64,000 nucleotides of DNA from Candidatus Anstonellales archaeon (GTDB lineage Archaea; Micrarchaeota; Micrarchaeia; Anstonellales; J096). A program made the position numbers and the translations under genes. The stretch spans positions 218,704 through 282,703 of the forward strand of contig JAWAFD010000001.1 in the NCBI GenBank assembly GCA_038890745.1, given 5' to 3'. Under the pieces are notes generated by a model. It was not told the origin of the DNA and ran no database searches. It worked only from the letters and a program-made list of their open reading frames with translations. How positions within the stretch are numbered: position 1 is the first letter of the stretch; each line of letters opens with the position of its first letter. Shown one piece after another: positions 57,323 through 64,000 of this stretch.

Positions 57323-58294
57323 TTACCATCCAAGAACATACGCAAAAATAAGCGGCGCAACTATCGAGGCATCCGATTCTATCATAAACTTTGGTGTATC
57401 TACATCAAGCTTTCCCCATGTTATTTTTTCATTCGGCACGGCACCCGAATAGGAGCCGTAGCTTGTGGTTGAATCGCTTATCTGGCAAAAGTATGACCAG
57501 AAAGGCACCTTTTCTTTCATGTCTTGAAGAATGAGAGGAACAACGCATATCGGAAAGTCTCCTGCAATCCCACCACCTATCTGGAAAAACCCAATCTTAT
57601 GTTTTTTTGATTCTTCTTTGTACCATTTGATTAGTTCTTTCATGTAATAAAGACCTGATTTTACAGTATCAAGGTTTTTTATCTTTCCTTTTACATGATT
57701 AGCCACGAACATATTCCCTGATGTTGAATCCTCCCAACCGGGAACAAAAAGCGGCAGGTTTTTTTCCGCAGCTGCAACTACCCAACTATCTTTTGGGTCA
57801 ATCTCGTAATACTTTTCCAACTTTCCTGATCTTATCATTTCATAAAAGTATTCATGGGGGAGCATGCTTTCCCCTTTTCTATCCTTTTCTTTCCAGATTT
57901 CCATCAGATTGGACTCGATCCTTCGCATGGCCTCTTCCTCTGGAATGCATGTGTCCGTTACGCGGTTCAGCCCCATTTCAAAAAGTTTTTTTTCCTCAGG
58001 AGGGGTAAGCTCACGATAGTTTGGGATCCTTTTGTAGTGCGAATGTGCAACAAGGTTATAAACATCTTCTTCTAAGTTTGCGCCCGTGCAGCTTATTGCA
58101 TGCACCTTATCTTTTCTTATCATTTCAGCAAGGCTCTTCCCTATCTCTGCCGTGCTCATCGCGCCAGCCATCGCAAGAAACATTTTTCCTCCGGAATCAA
58201 TAAGTTTGGAGTACTCTTCTGCAGCGTCGGCAACAACAGCAGCGTTGAAGTGCTTGAAATGAGATTTTATAAAATTTTTTATTGGAGAAATCAT
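57323..58294 (-). CDS. Deoxyhypusine synthase-family protein, bacterial (homospermidine-synthase-like) type
   Basis: HFNAA, GAMSTAE, CTGANLEED, FQIGGG, GSYSGAVPNEKITWGKL; start 58294 or 58318. Confidence 0.85.
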   Translation of the reverse strand: MISPIKNFIKSHFKHFNAAVVADAAEEYSKLIDSGGKMFLAMAGAMSTAEIGKSLAEMIRKDKVHAISCTGANLEEDVYNLVAHSHYKRIPNYRELTPPEEKKLFEMGLNRVTDTCIPEEEAMRRIESNLMEIWKEKDRKGESMLPHEYFYEMIRSGKLEKYYEIDPKDSWVVAAAEKNLPLFVPGWEDSTSGNMFVANHVKGKIKNLDTVKSGLYYMKELIKWYKEESKKHKIGFFQIGGGIAGDFPICVVPLILQDMKEKVPFWSYFCQISDSTTSYGSYSGAVPNEKITWGKLDVDTPKFMIESDASIVAPLIFAYVLGW

Positions 58295-58434
58295 TCCATC
58301 ACCATAAAAATATTGCATTAAGAATTTAAAACTTTTGCTATTTTTTATTTTTCATTTTTGCATTTTAATTCTTAAATTTTAGTAAAAATTCAAACAGTTT
58401 TATTTTTAAATATTTTCATAAAAAAGAGCGATAC

Positions 58435-58977
58435 ATGGTTCCTACAAAAGTTTTTTTTACAAAAGGGGTGGGGGTTCACAAGGACCGGCTTGCTTCTTTT
58501 GAGGCCGCACTCAGGATGGCTGGCATAGCGCAGTTCAACCTTGTGTACGTTTCGAGCATTCTCCCTCCCGGATGCAAGATCATTTCGGAGCAGGAAGGAT
58601 TGAAGGAGATGAAGCCCGGTCAGATTGTTCATGTGGTAATGGCAAGGAACGAAACAAACGAGCCGAACAGACTGGTATCCGCAGCCATAGGTGTTGCAAT
58701 CCCGAAAAACCCTGAGGTGCACGGCTATCTTTCAGAGCACCATGCTTTTGGAGAAACGGATGAGAAAAGCGGGGAGTATGCAGAGGATTTGGCTGCAACC
58801 ATGCTTGCAACTACACTCGGAATAGAATTCGATCCAGAAAAGGACTGGAGCGAGAGGGAGATGGAATACAAAGCAAGCGGCCACATATTCAAAACAACAA
58901 ACATCGTCCAGTCAGCAAGGGGGAACAAGGATGGTCTTTGGACAACGGTAATTGCGGTGGCAGTCTTTGTCCCATGA
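58435..58977 (+). CDS. pdaD: Pyruvoyl-dependent arginine decarboxylase
   Basis: [23 protein letters not shown] (Ser-Ser self-cleavage site), GYLSEHH. Confidence 0.93.
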   Translation: MVPTKVFFTKGVGVHKDRLASFEAALRMAGIAQFNLVYVSSILPPGCKIISEQEGLKEMKPGQIVHVVMARNETNEPNRLVSAAIGVAIPKNPEVHGYLSEHHAFGETDEKSGEYAEDLAATMLATTLGIEFDPEKDWSEREMEYKASGHIFKTTNIVQSARGNKDGLWTTVIAVAVFVP

Positions 58978-58997
58978 AATAATTTTATTGTGATTTT

Positions 58998-59729
58998 ATG
59001 GATGTTTTGTTTTTGATTCTTGCCGTTCTAGTGATAAACACTCTTCTCGGGGCCGTGGGAATTTTTTCATTTTGGGTAAAAGAAAAAAATTTGCGTACGG
59101 TTTCTTTTTTTCTCATGGCGTTTGCAGCCGGGACGCTTTTGGGCGGCGCATTCTTCCATCTTTTTGAAGAGTCATTGGAGCAAGGACTCGAATCAGAAAC
59201 CGTTTTTCTTTTTGCCTTAGGTGGGTTTGTTGCATTTTTCATATTTGAGAACTGGCTTCACTGGCACAGGTGCGCGGAATGCAAAATTCATCCCTACACG
59301 TTTAACATTCTTATAGGTGATGGTATACACAATTTAATAGATGGTATTATTGTTGCAATTACTTTTTTGATCTCTGTTGAGCTTGGGCTTGCTGCAAGCA
59401 TAGCGATCCTCGCGCATGAAATCCCCCAAGAGCTTGGAATTTTTGGGGTGATGGTACATGGAGGTCAGAACAAAAATAAATCGGTTATCTACTCCGTTGC
59501 TGCGCAGTCTACATCCATAATCGGTGGCTTGCTCGGATATTTTTTCGCACCTTCACTTAGCCCGTATGTTCCTCTTCTCCTTCCGCTCGCAGCAGGAGGG
59601 TTCATCTACATCTCTTCATCCGACCTCATACCCGAGATTCACAAGAGCGAAAGAACGCAGAAGATTTTTGGGATAGTTGCTCTTTTTATTGGGCTGCTTT
59701 TTATGTGGATTTTGAAAGGAGCACACTGA
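58998..59729 (+). CDS. ZIP family metal transporter
   Basis: FAAGTLLG.AFFHL, GDGIHNLIDG, HEIPQELG, DLIPE. Confidence 0.93.
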   Translation: MDVLFLILAVLVINTLLGAVGIFSFWVKEKNLRTVSFFLMAFAAGTLLGGAFFHLFEESLEQGLESETVFLFALGGFVAFFIFENWLHWHRCAECKIHPYTFNILIGDGIHNLIDGIIVAITFLISVELGLAASIAILAHEIPQELGIFGVMVHGGQNKNKSVIYSVAAQSTSIIGGLLGYFFAPSLSPYVPLLLPLAAGGFIYISSSDLIPEIHKSERTQKIFGIVALFIGLLFMWILKGAH

Positions 59730-59733
59730 ACAT

Positions 59734-60954
59734 TTAATACCTCAAAGCCTCGATAGCAGGAATCTCAGCCGCGCTTTTTGCAGGAAAATAACCAGCAAGA
59801 ATTCCAACTGCAGCTCCATACAGCAAAGCAAAAGCAAAAAGTTCAGGGGTTATTACATAAGGAATCCCAAAACTATTTACTATTTCTGCGCCAATCCATC
59901 CAACAGCAAGCCCCAAAATTCCTCCAAGCAAACCTATTATCCCTGCCTCTGCGATGAACAAAATTATAATCTGTTTTTTTGTTGCCCCTATGCTTTTCAA
60001 AACCCCTATTTCTCTTCTCTTTTCAGCGACTGCCATGTACATTGTATTCGCTATCCCTATCCCTCCGATTATGGATGAGACAACTGCGATCGCAAAAAGA
60101 AAACTCGTTAGCATCCCCATTACAGCATCTGTTATCTCCATTATGAAATCCCGGGTCATCACGGTGAAATCCTTTTCATCTAAGCTTACATGGTGGTTTC
60201 TTGCGAGTATCTCTTCTATTTTTTCTTTCACCTCGTTTACATTCGCCCCATCTTTCAGATCAACCATTATAGTATACACTTCATCCTTTGCAAGAACATC
60301 CTTAAACATCTCCTTTCCATCTTCATAAGGTATAAAAATAACTGCATCATCCTGTTCGCTGAGCGCAGTTCCTATTCTCTCAGCTATTCCTACAACCCTG
60401 AACTTTTTCCCCCCTATTGTCATGTAGTTTCCTACTCTTATTCTGTTTTTTCCAAAATACTTGTTCGCGATATCATTCCCGATAAAAACGACCCCTCTCT
60501 CATTTTCTTCAGGGTATCTTCCCTCCTCAACTTTAAAATAGTCCTCCCACATCTTAAAACCAGCAGTATCGCCTGGAAAAACAGGAGAATATAGCTCCAC
60601 ACCCCGAAATTCTATTGTTGTTCTCCCCATATTCATTTTTGCCACGGTTTCAACCTCAGGTAAGGTTTCAATGTCTTCCGCATCCTTTTCTGTAAGCTTT
60701 CCGGATGTTGGTCCTCTTCCAGTAAGCGCCCCTCTACTTGTTATGCTATCCATACTTATTGGAACAATGGCAAGCTTATCCTCTCCAAAAACTTCCATCT
60801 GCTCTTCAACATATCCTTTAACACCCTGCGCAATTCCCATCAGCACAACAATGGTAGCGATCCCTATTATAATACCGATTAGAGTAAGCCAGCTCCTCAA
60901 ACTTCTGTGCGAAAGGTTTCTTGTTGCATACTCAAAAACATCCTTAGCGTTCAT
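59734..60954 (-). CDS. MacB/FtsX-type ABC transporter permease
   Basis: RSWLTLIGIIIG, GGIGIANTM, REIGVLKSIGA, PAIEALRY. Confidence 0.93.
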   Translation of the reverse strand: MNAKDVFEYATRNLSHRSLRSWLTLIGIIIGIATIVVLMGIAQGVKGYVEEQMEVFGEDKLAIVPISMDSITSRGALTGRGPTSGKLTEKDAEDIETLPEVETVAKMNMGRTTIEFRGVELYSPVFPGDTAGFKMWEDYFKVEEGRYPEENERGVVFIGNDIANKYFGKNRIRVGNYMTIGGKKFRVVGIAERIGTALSEQDDAVIFIPYEDGKEMFKDVLAKDEVYTIMVDLKDGANVNEVKEKIEEILARNHHVSLDEKDFTVMTRDFIMEITDAVMGMLTSFLFAIAVVSSIIGGIGIANTMYMAVAEKRREIGVLKSIGATKKQIIILFIAEAGIIGLLGGILGLAVGWIGAEIVNSFGIPYVITPELFAFALLYGAAVGILAGYFPAKSAAEIPAIEALRY

Positions 60955-62157
60955 CTACTCATACCTCAGCGCTTCCACAGCGGGAATCTCAGCTGCGTTT
61001 TTTGCCGGAATAGCACCAGCAATCAAACCTACAACAAAAGCAAACACCGCAGCACCAACAACAACCTCGGGCAGGATTATGACCGGTGTGATAAAACCAA
61101 CGAGAAATCCAAGAACAAATGCAGAGAGTATTCCAATAATCCCTCCTACAAAACCTATGATGCCTGCCTCCATCAAAAATATTGCTACTATTTCATTGTT
61201 TTTCATCCCTATCGCTTTCAGCGTCCCTATTTCTTGAGTTTTTTCAAGAACAGAAGTAAACATTGTGTTGCTTATCCCTATGCCTCCAACAACCAGCCCT
61301 ATTCCAGCTACAGCCCCTACGAGCAGGCTTAGGATGCCGATCACAGAATCAACCTGCTCGTTTATGTATTTTGGGGTGATTACAGAAAAATCCTCTTCCC
61401 CTTCTCCAACCCTGTGGCTCGCCCTCATCTCTTCCCTTACCCTTTCCCCAACCTCCTCAACATCATAGCCGGGGCTTACCTTCATTCTTATTATCGTAAT
61501 CTCCTTCTCAGCCATTATATTCTTGAAGAGCTCCCGTCCATCATCAAATGTCACAAAAACATAGTTGTCCAGCTGGCTTAAGGTGTTTCCTGTTTTTTCC
61601 AGGGTTCCAACAATTCTGAACTTCTCTTCACCTATTTTTATGTACTGCCCTACTTTTACATCCTCGCTGAAGGTATCTTCCGCGATGCTCGCACCGACAA
61701 CAGCAACATGACTGTCCCCGTCTCTCAAAAACCTACCTTCTTTAACCTTTAGGCTTGTTGACATCTGCTCAAAAACAGACGGCTCCACCCCACCTATTGT
61801 CGCTGTTACCGTATCACCCTTGTAAGTAATGCTGGCCCTATTCCCTATTACCTTTGATATCATTTCTATTCCAGGTATTTTCTTCAATTTTTCATAGTCC
61901 TTTTCCCAAAGCTTCCCTTTTGTCGGAACATAAAAAGAAAAGGCCGGGCTCTGCACGTTGAATGCTACAACCGCGATGGTGTCAGTTCCGAACGCCTTCA
62001 GCTGATCATTAATTCCTTCTTTCAACCCCTGTGCGATCCCAAGTAGAAGGACTATGCTTGTAATTGCTATTACTATCCCCACTATCGTAAGCCAGCTTCT
62101 AAGCTGGGCGTACCTAAGGCTTTTGACTGCATAGTTAAATATTTCCTCCACTTTCAT
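60955..62157 (-). CDS. MacB/FtsX-type ABC transporter permease (paralog)
   Basis: RSWLTIVGIVI, GGIGISNTM, EIGTLKAIG, PAVEALRYE. Confidence 0.93.
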   Translation of the reverse strand: MKVEEIFNYAVKSLRYAQLRSWLTIVGIVIAITSIVLLLGIAQGLKEGINDQLKAFGTDTIAVVAFNVQSPAFSFYVPTKGKLWEKDYEKLKKIPGIEMISKVIGNRASITYKGDTVTATIGGVEPSVFEQMSTSLKVKEGRFLRDGDSHVAVVGASIAEDTFSEDVKVGQYIKIGEEKFRIVGTLEKTGNTLSQLDNYVFVTFDDGRELFKNIMAEKEITIIRMKVSPGYDVEEVGERVREEMRASHRVGEGEEDFSVITPKYINEQVDSVIGILSLLVGAVAGIGLVVGGIGISNTMFTSVLEKTQEIGTLKAIGMKNNEIVAIFLMEAGIIGFVGGIIGILSAFVLGFLVGFITPVIILPEVVVGAAVFAFVVGLIAGAIPAKNAAEIPAVEALRYE

Positions 62158-62160
62158 TCT

Positions 62161-63609
62161 CTAAACCCGGCTCTTTTTTCTCATTTTAAGGAAATAGTAC
62201 ACTCCGGCGATTAAAACAACCCCAAGTATAATCAGCAGCATGGTTCCGTTTCCGCTTTCCTGCACCGCGCCTTCTATTAGCAGTTTTGCTTCTACGTTTT
62301 TCGTTACCCATTCTCCTGAGTAGTCCCTATAGGTTATTTTGATACTTATTGGATATACCCCCGGCTCAACATTCTTCACCTTTACTTTAAACTGCTCGCT
62401 GCTGAAATCATCGTACTCCAACCCACCTATGTATTTTTCTGCCTGAGCTTCCTGTATCTCAAAAACATCGCTCTGCAGGCTCACGCTTACAGAACCGATA
62501 GCATAGCTCCCAAGGTTTGCAACTGTGATGGAAAGGGTATGCTCACCATTCGCCCTTATGGGCGCCGGTTTTGCCTCAACATACACCCCAACATCAGCAT
62601 CGCTCTTTATCCTCATTGGAACCGTGATTATATCCTCTTTCTTTTCTCCATTCTCCTCCCACTCAATTTTTACCTGCACATTCGTTATCCCGGGTTCTGC
62701 GTTCACGTACACTTTTGCATCTAGTTCCTTGCTTCCTCCCTTTGCGATCTCTCCAGCATCTATTTTGCTCATTCCCACAAGCTTTATAGCATTATCAACA
62801 AAGCTTATCCTTACATTTTTTGCATCATTCCCCTTGTTCGAGACTAGCAGTTTAAGCGTTGTTTCTGTTTTTGTCTGCACATCTTCTAATTGCTCCAGTG
62901 AGAAATCGCCCTCCCTCTTATTTACAACAACATTTACTGTTTTTTCCTCTGTTTTTTCCTCTCCCAGTTCATTTTTGTAGTTGAGGATTAGTTTTAGGGG
63001 CGTGCTTCCTTCGCTCGCGCTACGGGCGTCGAACAAAACATTTTTGTTTACGCATCCCTTTCCAACAGTTCCTACGTAAACGCTGTCCGTCCCTGAAAAC
63101 CTTATCTCCCCACCAGGCTCTATACTCATATCCCTTGCCTCTCCACCATCATTGCATATCGTTAGCGTGGCCTTGGTTTCCTTCCCAAGTTCTGTTTCAT
63201 CCAATCTAACGCTCAGCACTGGAGTTTTAACTACCTTTACAGCCGCGATACTTTCGGTTCTTTTAAATTCTATGGGCGTTACGCTCGTTATGCTTCCCCT
63301 TGCATCAATGGTCACAAAGTACATTCCGCTTGTCGCTGTTTTCACAACAGTAATCGGAATGTTTATGGTTGTAGAGCTTGCGGGCCCTAGATCACCTATG
63401 TTTAGGACGGTTGCTCCGAGCGCGATGTTTCCACCTGCGCTTAATTGAAGCGTGATATCATTCACGCTTGCAACATCCCCATTTTTTAGTACTATAGTAA
63501 TGTACCCAGTATCCCCAGGAGCATAGCTCATTTTGTCTGTTGAAACAGAGCTTATGCTCAGCCCAATCACCGTTCCTAAGACCAAAAACAACAAAAGCAA
63601 TTTTTTCAT
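62161..63609 (-). CDS. COG1361 S-layer-domain (Ig-like/CARDB repeats) protein
   Basis: Signal peptide, repeated beta-sandwich N.G...A..V motifs, C-terminal TM + basic tail; between ABC ATPase and permeases. Confidence 0.82.
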   Translation of the reverse strand: MKKLLLLFLVLGTVIGLSISSVSTDKMSYAPGDTGYITIVLKNGDVASVNDITLQLSAGGNIALGATVLNIGDLGPASSTTINIPITVVKTATSGMYFVTIDARGSITSVTPIEFKRTESIAAVKVVKTPVLSVRLDETELGKETKATLTICNDGGEARDMSIEPGGEIRFSGTDSVYVGTVGKGCVNKNVLFDARSASEGSTPLKLILNYKNELGEEKTEEKTVNVVVNKREGDFSLEQLEDVQTKTETTLKLLVSNKGNDAKNVRISFVDNAIKLVGMSKIDAGEIAKGGSKELDAKVYVNAEPGITNVQVKIEWEENGEKKEDIITVPMRIKSDADVGVYVEAKPAPIRANGEHTLSITVANLGSYAIGSVSVSLQSDVFEIQEAQAEKYIGGLEYDDFSSEQFKVKVKNVEPGVYPISIKITYRDYSGEWVTKNVEAKLLIEGAVQESGNGTMLLIILGVVLIAGVYYFLKMRKKSRV

Positions 63610-64000
63610 TCTTTCACCTCTCCATCCTTTATTTTTATTACTCTTTCAGCATGTTTTGCGATATCCTCATCATGCGTTACCACAACGATTGTTTTCCCCT
63701 CCTTATTTAGCTTTGTGAATATTTCCACGACCTCATGCCCGCTTTTTGTGTCCAGGTTTCCCGTTGGCTCGTCCGCAAGAATAACCTCTGGCTGGTTTGC
63801 CAAAGCCCTTGCGATTGCAACCCTTTGCCTCTGCCCCCCGCTGAGCTCAGCCGGCTTGTGCGTGAGCCTTTCCCCAAGCCCGAGTTTTTCCAATAACTCC
63901 CTTGCTCTCCTCTCCCTTTCTTCCTTTCCAGCCCCATATATCATCATGGGTATTGCAACATTCTCCAATGCGTTCAGGCTGGGGATGAGGTTGAACATCT
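63606..64000 (-). CDS. ABC transporter ATP-binding protein (LolD/MacB type), 5' truncated by window edge
   Basis: LSGGQRQRVAIARAL, ILADEPTGNLD, VTHD. Confidence 0.95.
   Translation of the reverse strand, partial: MFNLIPSLNALENVAIPMMIYGAGKEERERRARELLEKLGLGERLTHKPAELSGGQRQRVAIARALANQPEVILADEPTGNLDTKSGHEVVEIFTKLNKEGKTIVVVTHDEDIAKHAERVIKIKDGEVKE

Noticed and set aside
58320-58434. Very AT-rich tract as origin/DUE
   Set aside because: Adequately explained as divergent promoters of the DHS-like gene and pdaD; no initiator boxes.
59734-62157. Duplicated ABC permeases as a novel system
   Set aside because: ATPase + COG1361 protein + MacB-like permease(s) is a common archaeal arrangement.

Overview
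A gene-dense archaeal chromosomal window. Nop5/fibrillarin, Topo VI, aEF-1alpha, Rpo10, eL18, TFB, Orc1/Cdc6 and archaeal DnaG are all present. The gene content, AMP phosphorylase and T-arm tRNA introns fit a DPANN lineage such as Micrarchaeota, which is an inference. Most of the window is housekeeping, with 5 tRNAs, 3 of them carrying BHB introns. The stand-out locus is 13.8-27.4 kb. It holds six tandem, partly translationally coupled paralogous polytopic membrane proteins with a CedA/VirB6-like signature, then a 1555-aa membrane-anchored protein, then a Cys-rich lipoprotein with a lytic-transglycosylase (SLT)-like domain. This is a candidate divergent T4SS/Ced-like cell-contact conduit, but its ATPase is not in the window. 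Non-coding signals not explained by the ORF track: a ~110-bp periodic array of tRNA-Thr 3' ends with hairpin spacers, a K-loop H/ACA guide RNA, a structured leader before the eL18-uL13-uS9 operon, and a helically phased palindromic operator. All protein assignments come from motif recognition by eye; no searches were run.
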